A stretch of 64,000 bases of DNA from Terriglobia bacterium. Lineage in GTDB: Bacteria > Acidobacteriota > Terriglobia > Acidiferrales > UBA7541. This document shows positions 40,433 to 50,693 of this stretch, one piece after another; position 1 is the stretch's first letter, and each line of letters begins with the position of its first letter. Under the pieces are notes generated by a model. The model was not told the origin of the DNA. It searched no databases and worked only from the letters and a program-made list of their open reading frames with translations. A program made the translations under genes and the position numbers. The stretch covers positions 3,136,001 to 3,200,000 of the forward strand of contig OY968796.1 of assembly GCA_963695545.1 (NCBI GenBank), read 5' to 3'.

Positions 40433-41686
40433 ATGCTCAAACTCTCGAAGTATTCGCTCGGCGTAGGGGACCGCTTCGCGCAGGAAGCCGAAGCGCAGTT
40501 ACGCGCGTTCGTGATCGCGCTGGAAAAGGGCGTGGAAGTGATCCCGGTGTGGAATAAATCCAATCGCGAGCATCTGATCGTCGGCTCGGAGCCGCCGAGC
40601 GTGCGCGCCGCGGCTGAAGTGGCCGTGAAAAAACTCGGCTGGAAGTTACCGTGGCACGTGGATGCCGACCACATTCGGCTCGACACCGTGGATCGGTTCG
40701 TATCCACCTCGGATTTCTTCACCATCGATGTAGCCGATTCGATCGGCAAACCAGCCGCAGCGGAGTACGTGCAAGCGCTCGCGGCGCGCCACTCTGAACT
40801 GATCGGGCGGGTGGCGATTCCCGGTATCGAAGAAAGTTTTCAAACAACGCGAGCCGAAATCGAACGCATCGCGAACAAATTTCTTTTTGCCGTGCAAGAG
40901 GCGGGGCAAATTTATCGGCACGTCGCGAAGATGAAGGGCGAAGGCAGCTTCATCGCGGAAGTTTCGATGGACGAGACGGATTCGCCGCAGACGCCGGTTG
41001 AATTGCTGCTGATTCTGGCGGCGTTGGCGGATGAGAAGGTGCCGATCCAGACCGTCGCGCCGAAATTTACCGGCCGCTTCAATAAGGGCGTGGATTACGT
41101 GGGCAACCTCGCGCTGTTTGAAAAAGAGTTCGGCGACGACATCGCGGTGATTGCGTTTGCGGTTAAAAAGTACGGGTTGCCCGACAATTTGAAATTGAGC
41201 GTGCATTCCGGCAGCGATAAATTCTCGATTTACGCGCCTATTCACCGCGCGATCCGCCGGCACAATGCAGGGTTGCATTTAAAGACCGCGGGGACCACCT
41301 GGCTTGAAGAACTCATCGGCCTCGCCGAAGCGGGCGGCGCGGGGTTGCAGCTTGCAAAACAGATTTACACCGAGGCGCTCGCGCACGTGGAAGAATTGAG
41401 CGCGCCGTACGCGGCGGTGATCGATATCGACCCCGCGAAATTGCCGTCGGCCGCCACGGTTGCGCAGTGGAGCGGCGCCCAATTCGCGGCTGCTTTGCGG
41501 CACGATCCCAAATCGAAAGAATTCAACGCGAGCCTGCGGCAATTGCTGCATGTGGGATATAAAATCGCGGCGAAGAAGGGCGACGAATATCTGAAATTGG
41601 TTCGCTCTTCCCAGGCCACCATCAGCCGAAACGTCACCGAAAATCTTTACGAGCGGCACCTGAAGCCGGTTTTTCTGGACGCGTGA
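40433..41686 (+). CDS. uxaE: Tagaturonate/fructuronate epimerase
   Basis: GVGDRF, DADHI, EVSMDET, SVHSGSDKF, HLKTAGTTWLE. Confidence 0.9.
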   Translation: MLKLSKYSLGVGDRFAQEAEAQLRAFVIALEKGVEVIPVWNKSNREHLIVGSEPPSVRAAAEVAVKKLGWKLPWHVDADHIRLDTVDRFVSTSDFFTIDVADSIGKPAAAEYVQALAARHSELIGRVAIPGIEESFQTTRAEIERIANKFLFAVQEAGQIYRHVAKMKGEGSFIAEVSMDETDSPQTPVELLLILAALADEKVPIQTVAPKFTGRFNKGVDYVGNLALFEKEFGDDIAVIAFAVKKYGLPDNLKLSVHSGSDKFSIYAPIHRAIRRHNAGLHLKTAGTTWLEELIGLAEAGGAGLQLAKQIYTEALAHVEELSAPYAAVIDIDPAKLPSAATVAQWSGAQFAAALRHDPKSKEFNASLRQLLHVGYKIAAKKGDEYLKLVRSSQATISRNVTENLYERHLKPVFLDA

Positions 41687-41809
41687 TGCCGTAAGGGCGC
41701 TTTACGTTTGCGGACGCGGGGAACAGATGCGTGCTCGCGCGACGGCTCCCTTCGATTTACAATTGCTTGAGCAGAGAGAAATCCACACCGAAAGGCAGAC
41801 CACCAGTTC

Positions 41810-42706
41810 ATGAGCTCCGAGAGCACAGCTTCCGAGGCGCTGGCGAATTTTAAGCCGAAATACGAATTCCTGGTGGGCATCGATTCCGACGGCTGCGCCT
41901 TCGACAGCATGGAGATCAAGCACAAAGAATGCTTCTGCCCGAATATCATTAAGTTCTGGGGATTACAGCCGGTCTCGAAATACGCGCGCGAGGCGGTCGA
42001 GTTCATCAATTTGTACTCGAAGTGGCGTGGCACGAATCGCTGGCCCGCGCTTCCGCTCACATTCGATCTGTTGCGCGTGCGTCCGGAAGTGATCGCGCGC
42101 CACGCGACAGTGCCGCAGGTCCCGAAGGTGCGCGAATTCATCGCTTCGGGCAAGCCGCTGAGCAATGACGGCCTGAAGGCCTACAAATCCGAGCATCCGG
42201 ATCCCGAGCTTGATCTTGCGCTCGCATGGAGCGTCGCGGTGAACGATTCGATCGCGGACATGGTTCACGATCTCCCGCCGTTTCCCTTTGTGCGCGAGAG
42301 CCTGGAATTTTTGAAGACGCGTGCGGACGCGATTGTCGTCTCGCAGACGCCCACCGAAGCCCTGGTGCGCGAATGGGCGGAAAACGGAATCGATTCCTAC
42401 GTGCGCTTGATCGCGGGCCAGGAGCACGGCACGAAGAAACAGCATTTGAAAGCGGCGGCGACGGGGAATTACGCGCCGAATCACGTGTTGATGATCGGCG
42501 ATGCGCCCGGCGATTTCGACGCGGCGCGCGCCAATAACGCGCTGTTTTTCCCGATCAATCCCGGACACGAAGAAGCGTCGTGGGAACAGTTTTACAAGGA
42601 AGGCGTGCGGAAATTCATGGCCGGTGAATTTGCGGGCGCCTACGAGGCCGGCTTGATCGCCGAATTCGAGAAGCTGCTGCCTTCGACGCCGCCCTGGAGC
42701 CACTAG
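41810..42706 (+). CDS. HAD-superfamily hydrolase
   Basis: GIDSDGC, VVS, MIGDAPGD. Confidence 0.88.
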   Translation: MSSESTASEALANFKPKYEFLVGIDSDGCAFDSMEIKHKECFCPNIIKFWGLQPVSKYAREAVEFINLYSKWRGTNRWPALPLTFDLLRVRPEVIARHATVPQVPKVREFIASGKPLSNDGLKAYKSEHPDPELDLALAWSVAVNDSIADMVHDLPPFPFVRESLEFLKTRADAIVVSQTPTEALVREWAENGIDSYVRLIAGQEHGTKKQHLKAAATGNYAPNHVLMIGDAPGDFDAARANNALFFPINPGHEEASWEQFYKEGVRKFMAGEFAGAYEAGLIAEFEKLLPSTPPWSH

Positions 42707-42739
42707 AAGCAATCAAGAACGCCGAAACGCGACTGCGCG

Positions 42740-44038
42740 ATGCACACAAGAATGCCCAGCGGAATCGGATCGACCGACAGGTACTTAACCCGCAACGAAG
42801 TTCGCCAATTCGTCAGCGAAACCCTGGCGCCACTTTCGCTCGAAGGCAAGCGCGTCCTCGTGCTGATTCCGGACGGCACACGCAGCATGCCGATGCCCTT
42901 GATGTTCGACGCGTTTGAGGAAATGCTCGGCCCGCGCGTCGCGGCGCTCGATTACCTGGTGGCACTCGGGACTCACAAGGCGATGAACGACGAACATTTG
43001 AGCAAGCTGGTTGGCCGGCCGGTGGTCGACGGCAAGGCTGGCCGAAGCAACATTTTCAATCACCACTGGGAGAATCCGGATACTTTCGTCCAACTCGGAA
43101 CAATCCCCGCCGATGAAATCGCCAAGATCACCGGCGGCCTTTTGTCGCAAGAAGTTCCCGTCAAGCTGAACAGGCTGATTCTCGATTACGATCAACTGTT
43201 GATTTGCGGGCCGGTGTTTCCGCACGAAGTTGTGGGCTTCTCCGGTGGGAATAAATATTTCTATCCGGGAATCGGCGGGCCGGAGATCATCAATTTCACG
43301 CACTGGTTGGGCGCCGTGATCACCAGCTATCACGTGATCGGCGCGGGTTACACGCCGGTGCGCGCCGTGATCGATCGCGCCGCGGCCTTCGTGCCGCGGC
43401 CAGTTTCGTGTTTTGCGGTGGTCGTGACGCACGATGGAATCGCCGGCATTTATTTCGGCTCGCCGCAGGAAGCTTGGGATCAGGCTTCGCAACTCTCGGC
43501 CAAAAAACACGTCGTGTACGTCGACAAGCCGTTTCGTCGCGTGCTTTCGATTCTGCCGGAGTTGTACGACGATCTGTGGACCGGCGCAAAAGGCGCTTAC
43601 AAAATGGAACCCGCCATGGCCGACGGCGGGGAAGTAGTCATTTACAGTCCGCACATCACGGAGATCAGCTACACGCACGGCAAAATCATCGATGAAATCG
43701 GATATCACTGCCGCGATTACTTCATGAAGCAATGGGATAAGTTCAAGCATTACCCCGGCGGCGTGCTCGCGCATTCGACACACGTGGTGGGCTTGGGCGA
43801 GTACGACGCGGCCACCGGCGTGGAGAAGCTGCGGATTCGCGTGACGCTGGCGACAGGCATTCCCGAAGAGCGTTGCCGTCGCGTGAATCTCGGCTACATG
43901 GATCCCGCCAGCGTGCGTATCGAAGAATGGCGTGGCCGCGAGAATGAAGGCATCGTGGTAATTCCTCGCGCTGGAGAAATACTTTATCGGCTCAAGATTG
44001 CGGACGACAAACAGAAGGACGCCGCCGCGGCGTCCTAG
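42740..44038 (+). CDS. LarA-family (lactate racemase-like) epimerase
   Basis: PDGTR, ALGTH, PHEVVGFSGGNK. Confidence 0.88.
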   Translation: MHTRMPSGIGSTDRYLTRNEVRQFVSETLAPLSLEGKRVLVLIPDGTRSMPMPLMFDAFEEMLGPRVAALDYLVALGTHKAMNDEHLSKLVGRPVVDGKAGRSNIFNHHWENPDTFVQLGTIPADEIAKITGGLLSQEVPVKLNRLILDYDQLLICGPVFPHEVVGFSGGNKYFYPGIGGPEIINFTHWLGAVITSYHVIGAGYTPVRAVIDRAAAFVPRPVSCFAVVVTHDGIAGIYFGSPQEAWDQASQLSAKKHVVYVDKPFRRVLSILPELYDDLWTGAKGAYKMEPAMADGGEVVIYSPHITEISYTHGKIIDEIGYHCRDYFMKQWDKFKHYPGGVLAHSTHVVGLGEYDAATGVEKLRIRVTLATGIPEERCRRVNLGYMDPASVRIEEWRGRENEGIVVIPRAGEILYRLKIADDKQKDAAAAS

Positions 44039-44125
44039 CCTTACACTTCCTGCAATCCTCGTTGCGATCGCCGGCCAGGCACGCTAACGCAATCTCGGCA
44101 GCTTCCATGGAGAGGAGCGAACCAG

Positions 44126-44851
44126 GTGTCGGACAAGAAAGCGAAATGGCGCGGATCGAAATTCTGGCGTGAGGATCGCAATCTGAGTTTCTTCCTGGCG
44201 TTCCTCGTGCTCATGACGGTTTTTGTTCCGATGGTGGGTCTGTCGCGTCCCGGGCGAATTGCAATCGATCTGGTTTTCGCGCTCATGCTGGTCTCCGGCG
44301 GACTCGCGACCATACGCAGCCGCTTGCTGATGTATCTGATTGTTGCGCTCACCGTTCTGGAATTTACGGCGGACTTGATCGTCGAATTCAATCCGGGGTT
44401 CAGCTTTTTGGGTTGGGACACCGCGATAAAATTACTGGGCATGGCCATACTCGTGGTCATGACGCTAAAGCGCACGTTTCATGCCGGCGAGGTGAACGTG
44501 CATCGCGTAATGGGCGGCGTCGCCGCGTATTTGCTGATCGGCGTCACCTGGGCATTCGCGTACAAACTGCTCGCGGTTGAGGTTCCTGACGCGATCCACT
44601 TTCAATCGTCATTCAATGGTTTTGCCACGGGAGAGCCGGCGCGTTTCATTGACTTCAGCTTCTCAACGCTCACCACCCTAAGTTTCGGCGACGCCTACCC
44701 GGTAAATCGCATTGCGCGATCGCTGACCACGGCGGAAGCGCTGATCGGCCAACTTTATCCCGCGATCCTGATCGCCACATTGGTTGGCATGGCGTTGCAG
44801 GCGAAGTTTACCGCGGCAATGGCAGACGATGACGATAAGAGATCGAGCTGA
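44126..44851 (+). CDS. Ion-channel (K+ channel-like) membrane protein
   Basis: FSFSTLTTLSFGD pore-like motif, EALIGQLYPAIL. Confidence 0.82.
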   Translation: MSDKKAKWRGSKFWREDRNLSFFLAFLVLMTVFVPMVGLSRPGRIAIDLVFALMLVSGGLATIRSRLLMYLIVALTVLEFTADLIVEFNPGFSFLGWDTAIKLLGMAILVVMTLKRTFHAGEVNVHRVMGGVAAYLLIGVTWAFAYKLLAVEVPDAIHFQSSFNGFATGEPARFIDFSFSTLTTLSFGDAYPVNRIARSLTTAEALIGQLYPAILIATLVGMALQAKFTAAMADDDDKRSS

Positions 44852-44908
44852 ATGCGGGCGCGCCTTCGCGCCGCACAACTCGACGATGCCGCAAAAGAAA
44901 TTGGAGAT

Positions 44909-45349
44909 TCACCAGGTGCTGTAGGGAGTGTTCTCGAACGGAGAAAGCTGGTCGTTGGTGGAATGCACGTCGGTGATTCCCGTGCCGCTCTGATCGGGGC
45001 TAAGGGCCACGTTTTCGTAATCGACGTGCCAATCGCGGGACTTGGTGAACGGGTCGGCGGGAACTTCCCGCAAGTAGCCAGCACTGACGAGATCGTCGAG
45101 CGACTGCGGCGCCTGCAATTTATCGAGCGAGTATTGCTCGATTGCGTGGCGCATCACGAACAGGTCCTGCTTCAGCGCGGCTTCCTTGGCGCGCGTCACG
45201 GAGCGCTCGTAGCGCCCGCCGGCCATGGCGATCAGAATCAGGATGATCGTGATCACAATCATCAATTCGATCAGCGTGAATCCGCGCTCAGGACGCCGCG
45301 GATCAAGCGCCGCTCGATTGCGAATTGATTTAAGTATGCGTGTCATCAT
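44909..45349 (-). CDS. Type II secretion pseudopilin (GspG-like)
   Basis: Prepilin motif GFTLIELMIV. Confidence 0.9.
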   Translation of the reverse strand: MMTRILKSIRNRAALDPRRPERGFTLIELMIVITIILILIAMAGGRYERSVTRAKEAALKQDLFVMRHAIEQYSLDKLQAPQSLDDLVSAGYLREVPADPFTKSRDWHVDYENVALSPDQSGTGITDVHSTNDQLSPFENTPYSTW

Positions 45350-45361
45350 TCACCGCTCGAA

Positions 45362-46024
45362 TTACCAATCCGAATATTTGCTGCCGTCGATCCCCGTGTT
45401 GGTCGAAAGCGAGTAGACGTCAAAAACGTCCTGTCCGCCCCACGCGTCGGAATCGGGATCGTCCTGCACCGAGCGATAGCCCCATTCGGCTTTGCCGGTC
45501 ATCGGGTCCACTGGAATCTTGCGCAGAAATCGCACGTGCATGGTAATCGATGCCGGCGCGCTGCCCGATTCGCCGGCCTGACTCGACTGACCGAATTGAC
45601 CGGCCGCGCCCGCCGAAGGATTCGTCGCGCCAGACGCGGGAGACTGTGTCGCTCCGCCGATCGCTTCATTTCCGACTTGCGTCGCGCCCGCAAGCGCGCC
45701 GGTCGTGGTGATGTCCACGCCTTCCACCAGCGTGTCAAGAGTCGGCGGATAGCCGTCGGTGTCCACTTCGGTCTGGAATAGATTGCGATCGGCGGCGTCT
45801 TTGTACGCATCGATCGCATTGCGCATTTCGCGCAAGTCGACGCGCAGCTCTTGCTCCTGCTGGCGCTTCGCAGTGATGCGCGCGATCGGCAGCGCGGCCG
45901 AGGAAAGAATCAGCAGGATCGCGCAGACCATCACGAGTTCGAGCAGCGTCATGCCGCATTCCGCGCGCGGCGTTCGCTTGCGAAGCCATGACCATGCGAT
46001 CGATCGCGGGCCGCCGTTGCTCAT
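45362..46024 (-). CDS. Type II secretion pseudopilin
   Basis: GMTLLELV, FLRKIPVDPMTG. Confidence 0.9.
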   Translation of the reverse strand: MSNGGPRSIAWSWLRKRTPRAECGMTLLELVMVCAILLILSSAALPIARITAKRQQEQELRVDLREMRNAIDAYKDAADRNLFQTEVDTDGYPPTLDTLVEGVDITTTGALAGATQVGNEAIGGATQSPASGATNPSAGAAGQFGQSSQAGESGSAPASITMHVRFLRKIPVDPMTGKAEWGYRSVQDDPDSDAWGGQDVFDVYSLSTNTGIDGSKYSDW

Positions 46025-48360
46025 TTCACTTCGATTGAAGTCTCGCCGGTGACCAGCGGGATCGCGTGCTGCTGCGAATCTCGCGCGTTGGTTTGCACGA
46101 TCGAAAGATTGGTTTGCCCGGGCGCGAGGGCGCGAATCTGAATCCCGAACAGCGTGCCGGTGCCATTCACGCCCGCCGTATGCGGCATGCGCGTCGCGGA
46201 AACCACCGCCTGGCCGCGATCTTTGTCCACTCGGTCGACCAGCGCGATCTCCTGCGTTCCGCCGGAGAGGAATCCGCCCTGGCTTACGGCTTCCACCGAG
46301 ATCACTTTCGGATCGTATTGCAGCAGGATCGGAATCGAGAACAGATCCTCGACGTTGTCCGCGACCACCGAAATCGTGGTGGTTTCCCCCGGCTTGAGCG
46401 ACACGCTCGGCGGATCAAATCGCAGACGCGCGCCTTCGCCCGGGGTGGCCTGCATGGGCGCAGCAGGCGCTGAGGAGGCGCCAGGCGCGGGCGCCATCGC
46501 CATGGTTGACGGCGTCGCCCCTGTTGGCGCGCTCGCCGAGCCGATCACGGTCGCTGGCGCGGGCGCAGGTGTCGCCACAGTCGCGGGCGGCGTGGCCGCC
46601 GCCGGCGCAGCGGCATTGTCCTCCGCCATGAGCACCGCCGGCGTCGTCTCGGTCCCAGAGTAGAACGATTTCAGGCTCTCGGGCGTGATGTCCGGCAAGC
46701 GGATAATATGCGGCGTCAGAACGATCAGAAGTTCGTCATCGTTGTTCGTGTTCTGATTGTCCGCTACGAAGTAGCGCATGATCGGAATTTTCGCCAGGCC
46801 CGGCCAACCGGAAACCGATTGCACGGTATCCCGCGTCATCAAGCCGCCAATGATGCTTACCTCGCCATCTGTCAGACGCACTTCTTGCTCGGTCTGATCG
46901 TCGCCGATCTCGGGCTCATTGATCCCGCCGATCGGTATGGTCGCCACCACCGCGGAAACATCGATCTTCATCTTCAGCGTGACGGAATTGTCGGGATGGA
47001 TGCGCGGCGTGATGTCCAGCGACACGCCGACTTGCTCATACTGAAATTGCGTGTTCACCAGCGGGCTGACCACGCTCGCCGCGGAAGTTCCCACGCCGGC
47101 CTGGAAGCTGCCGGTAGCCACCGGCACTTTGTCGCCGACATCCAGTTTGGCGTCCTCGCCGTCCACCATGCGAATCTCCGGGCTCTGAATGGTATGCGTG
47201 GTTGAATCGGTCATCAGCGCGTTGGCTGTGGCGCTGGGCAGGGTAATGCTGTAGTCCGAACGCAGCGATAACTTCTGATTCAGACCAAGCGTCGCCGCGA
47301 CCGATGTGCCGCTGGTGCTCGAGGAAGACGACGTCGACGACGTCGAATTCGGCGCGAGTGTGATCGACGTTCCCGGCGTGATGCCCAGGTCGCGCATGCG
47401 ATCGCGGTTGGCAACCAGCACTTCAGCCTGAACGATCACTTCGGGCCTGGCACGGTCCACGTCGTCGATGATTTTCCCGGCGAGCATCACTTTGTCCGGC
47501 GTGTCTCGAATCACGATGGCGTTCATCGAATTGATCTGCTGAATGCGCTTCAGGTCGAGCAGCGCTCGCAGGCTGGTCACGAGGTCCTGCAGATCCTGCG
47601 ATTGGATCGAATTTTTGATGTAGAACGTCTTCACGATCTCTTCATCGTAATCGCGGTGCTTCTGCAATTGATCGAGCGTCACAAAAATAATGTTGCTCGT
47701 CAGCGGTTTCCAGGACGCCTTGCTTTCGAGCGACGCGACGTCCAGCGCCTGCTCGAGCGTCACGTTGTCCAAATCAACCGTGATCCGGCGCGATGTGAAA
47801 TCGGGATCGAAAACCACCGTGAGCCCCGCCAATTTCGCGATGGTCTCAAACACGGTCTTCGAGTCGTTCGCCATCTTCAGATTGATCGGCGTGATCGAAA
47901 GCGGCTTGAGCTCCGGCGGCCCAGTCGCCAGATCATTCTCGTCAGCAGACTCCTCAGGAGCGTTCCCGGGAGCGGCCGCCGCGGCGGCGGCGCGGGCGTT
48001 GATCAGGTCCAGCGTCTTCTTCACTTCCTCGTCGGCAGCCGGGCTCGACGGATCGAGCTCCCCGGCCTTGCGGAATTCCGCAACGGCCATCTCCAGGTCG
48101 CCCTTCTCGCGAAGCTTTTCGCCCTGTTCGATGCACGCCTGCGCGGCCTCGAAGCGCACCTGATCGGCATGCAGCTTGTATTCCGCGTTCTGCGGATCGG
48201 ACTTCAGGGCGCGATTGTAGGCTGCCAGGGCGGTTTCGTAGTCGTGAAGCGCCTCGGCCTTCTTGCCCTGGTCAAAGTCGCTGCTGCCTTTGGCGCATCC
48301 GCCGAGCACGATCAGGATGCAGCCAAAGGCCACCGCGGTCAGGGAATTACGCTGTGGCAT
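46021..48360 (-). CDS. Secretin (GspD-like) with TPR and C-terminal cohesin-like domain
   Basis: Lipoprotein-like signal, TPRs, VGVSLDITPRI, PGLAKIP, ELLIVLTPHI, C-terminal LQYDPKV beta domain. Confidence 0.9.
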   Translation of the reverse strand: MPQRNSLTAVAFGCILIVLGGCAKGSSDFDQGKKAEALHDYETALAAYNRALKSDPQNAEYKLHADQVRFEAAQACIEQGEKLREKGDLEMAVAEFRKAGELDPSSPAADEEVKKTLDLINARAAAAAAAPGNAPEESADENDLATGPPELKPLSITPINLKMANDSKTVFETIAKLAGLTVVFDPDFTSRRITVDLDNVTLEQALDVASLESKASWKPLTSNIIFVTLDQLQKHRDYDEEIVKTFYIKNSIQSQDLQDLVTSLRALLDLKRIQQINSMNAIVIRDTPDKVMLAGKIIDDVDRARPEVIVQAEVLVANRDRMRDLGITPGTSITLAPNSTSSTSSSSSTSGTSVAATLGLNQKLSLRSDYSITLPSATANALMTDSTTHTIQSPEIRMVDGEDAKLDVGDKVPVATGSFQAGVGTSAASVVSPLVNTQFQYEQVGVSLDITPRIHPDNSVTLKMKIDVSAVVATIPIGGINEPEIGDDQTEQEVRLTDGEVSIIGGLMTRDTVQSVSGWPGLAKIPIMRYFVADNQNTNNDDELLIVLTPHIIRLPDITPESLKSFYSGTETTPAVLMAEDNAAAPAAATPPATVATPAPAPATVIGSASAPTGATPSTMAMAPAPGASSAPAAPMQATPGEGARLRFDPPSVSLKPGETTTISVVADNVEDLFSIPILLQYDPKVISVEAVSQGGFLSGGTQEIALVDRVDKDRGQAVVSATRMPHTAGVNGTGTLFGIQIRALAPGQTNLSIVQTNARDSQQHAIPLVTGETSIEVK

Positions 48361-48472
48361 TTACGCTCCGGTCCGGGGGCTGGGGCAATCCGGTTGAGTC
48401 TAACACTCGGTCCAAACGCTCACAAGGTGATGTCTTGCTTCTAGTTACTAGCGGCGGCTATGATAGCTGGCT

Positions 48473-48991
48473 GTGAGCAAATCGGTTACGCCTTACAAGA
48501 AAACTGTCAGGCCAATCAAGAAAGATGGGCCGCCGGGCGAAAAGGTTGTCGCGCAAAATCGTGCCGCTTCTTACAATTACCACCTGCTCGAGAAAATGGA
48601 AGCCGGAATGGTGCTGCGCGGCACCGAAGTTAAGTCCCTACGCGATGGCAAGGTCATGATCCGCGACGCGTACGCCACTGTCCGCGGCAACGCCGTTTGG
48701 CTGCTCAACTGCCACATTCCAGAGTACTTGCCGGGAGGCCCGTTTAACCACGAACCGCTGCGCGCCCGAAAATTGCTGCTGAACAAGGCCGAAATCGAGA
48801 AGCTGGCGGGCAAAACCGATCAGAAAGGCCTGACCATCGTGCCCCTGCGCATTTATTTCAAACAGGGCATTGCCAAGTGCGAATTGGCGCTCGCCAAGGG
48901 CAAGAAAATGTGGGATCGTCGCCAAACCGAGAAAGATAAAGAAGCCCGTCGCGAAACCGAAGACGCGCTGCATCGTTATCGCCGGCGCTAG
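48473..48991 (+). CDS. smpB: SsrA-binding protein
   Basis: NRAASYNY, EAGMVLRGTEVKSLR, RKLLL, AKGKKMWDRR. Confidence 0.97.
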   Translation: MSKSVTPYKKTVRPIKKDGPPGEKVVAQNRAASYNYHLLEKMEAGMVLRGTEVKSLRDGKVMIRDAYATVRGNAVWLLNCHIPEYLPGGPFNHEPLRARKLLLNKAEIEKLAGKTDQKGLTIVPLRIYFKQGIAKCELALAKGKKMWDRRQTEKDKEARRETEDALHRYRRR

Positions 48992-49050
48992 GGCGCAAGA
49001 ATCGCGCATCGAAAAGCAGAAGGAATAAGGCAATAACGAAAAGGAGAAGC

Positions 49051-50550
49051 ATGGAAATCACTTTGGCAACTGGGCCGGCGGCGCAACTGGAAGTTGGCGC
49101 CCTCGTGACCTACGCGTTCGAGCAGGACAAGCCTGTCGACGGCGCGCTCGCCGAGCTCGATAAAGCCATTGGCGGCGCGGTGGGACGCCTGGCGGATGGC
49201 CGCGAATTTACCGGCAAGTCGCTCGAAATGACGTTATTGCACTTCCCGAAGGGCATCAAGGCCGAGCGGTTGTTGGTGGTTGGCGCGGGGAAACGCGAGA
49301 AATATTCGGCTGCCGAACTGCGCAAGATGGCTGCTGCTGCTGCGCGCTATCTGAAAGCGCGCTCGGTTCGCCGCCTCGCATTCCTGGCGCGCGAAGAAGA
49401 TCGCACTGCCGCCGGCGCCGAGGCCATCACCGAAGGACTTCTGCTCGGCGAATTCGAGGGCGATAAATACAAATCCGAGAAAAAGGATCCACCATCGGGA
49501 ATCGACGCCGCGATTCTGGCGGGATTCGATGGCGCCGCACGCACCACCGGTGAACAGGGCCTTGAGCGCGGCACAGTGCTCGCTGGCGCGCAGAACTTCG
49601 CGCGCGAACTCGGCAATGAACCCGGGAATCGGCTCACGCCGGCGGTATTGGGCGAGCGCGCCGAAAAAATGGCGCTCGACGAGAATTTAGCCGTTGAGAT
49701 TTTCGACGAAAAGAAAATTGCGGCGCTAAAAATGGGCGCGCTACTTTCCGTCGCGCAGGGCAGCGTCGAACCGCCGCGCATGATCGTCATCACCTACACG
49801 CCGAAAAAGGCGCCCGCGGCGAACGCGCCGGTGCTGGGATTGATCGGAAAAGCCGTGACGTTCGATACCGGCGGAATATCCATCAAGCCCGCCGCAAATA
49901 TGGAAGATATGAAATATGACATGTGCGGCGGCGCTGCCATGCTCGGCGCGATCCGCGCTCTTGCGCAATTGAAGCCGCAAATCAAAGTGATCGCCGTCGT
50001 GGTCTCGACGGAAAACATGCCCGGCGGCCGCGCGCAGAAACCCGGCGACGTGCAAACCGCCATGTCCGGCAAAACGATTGAGGTCATCAACACCGACGCC
50101 GAAGGCCGCCTGATTTTGGCCGATGCGATCCACTACGCGAAACAACTCGGCTGCACGCACCTGGTCGACGCCGCCACGCTGACCGGCGCGATTGTCGTGG
50201 CGTTGGCCGGCGTGCAGACGGGATTGTTCGGCTCCGACGCGAAATTCACGGAGCAAGTTTTGGCGGCCTCGCGTACCGCGGGTGAAAAAATGTGGCCCAT
50301 GCCTCTTGACGACGAATATCGCGACATGATCAAGAGCACCATCGCCGATATCCAAAACGTTGGCAGCGGAAGAGGCGCCGGAGCCAGCACCGCCGCCGCG
50401 TTCCTGCGTGAATTCACCGGCGACACGCCGTGGGTGCACCTCGATATCGCCGGCACCGCCTGGATCACCGAAGCCAAGCCGTGGAGCGCGAAGGGCGCGA
50501 CCGGCGTCGCCGTCCGCACCCTGGCCGAATTAGCCATGCAACTGCGCTAA
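49051..50550 (+). CDS. pepA: Leucyl aminopeptidase (M17)
   Basis: GKAVTFDTGG, MKYDMCG, NTDAEGRL. Confidence 0.96.
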   Translation: MEITLATGPAAQLEVGALVTYAFEQDKPVDGALAELDKAIGGAVGRLADGREFTGKSLEMTLLHFPKGIKAERLLVVGAGKREKYSAAELRKMAAAAARYLKARSVRRLAFLAREEDRTAAGAEAITEGLLLGEFEGDKYKSEKKDPPSGIDAAILAGFDGAARTTGEQGLERGTVLAGAQNFARELGNEPGNRLTPAVLGERAEKMALDENLAVEIFDEKKIAALKMGALLSVAQGSVEPPRMIVITYTPKKAPAANAPVLGLIGKAVTFDTGGISIKPAANMEDMKYDMCGGAAMLGAIRALAQLKPQIKVIAVVVSTENMPGGRAQKPGDVQTAMSGKTIEVINTDAEGRLILADAIHYAKQLGCTHLVDAATLTGAIVVALAGVQTGLFGSDAKFTEQVLAASRTAGEKMWPMPLDDEYRDMIKSTIADIQNVGSGRGAGASTAAAFLREFTGDTPWVHLDIAGTAWITEAKPWSAKGATGVAVRTLAELAMQLR

Positions 50551-50604
50551 CGCTCCGTCACGAAAGCGAGTCCCTCGCGCCGAGCGAGCCCGGAATGCGG
50601 AGGT

Positions 50605-50633
50605 TTTGTAGGGGCGGAGCTCGTCTCCGCCCG
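50605..50633 (+). repeat. GTAG-type REP-like palindrome, copy 1
   Basis: TTTGTAGGGGCGGAGCTCGTCTCCGCCCG; 27/29 identical to the reverse complement of 61412-61440. Confidence 0.75.
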
Positions 50634-50693
50634 CTTTCCCTCAATTTTCCCGCAACGTATCCAGCCGTGCCGCAGATTGCGGCGCGTGGACAG

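Noticed and set aside
48361..49050. tmRNA beside smpB
   Set aside because: The flanking gaps are too short and lack the tRNA-like ends.
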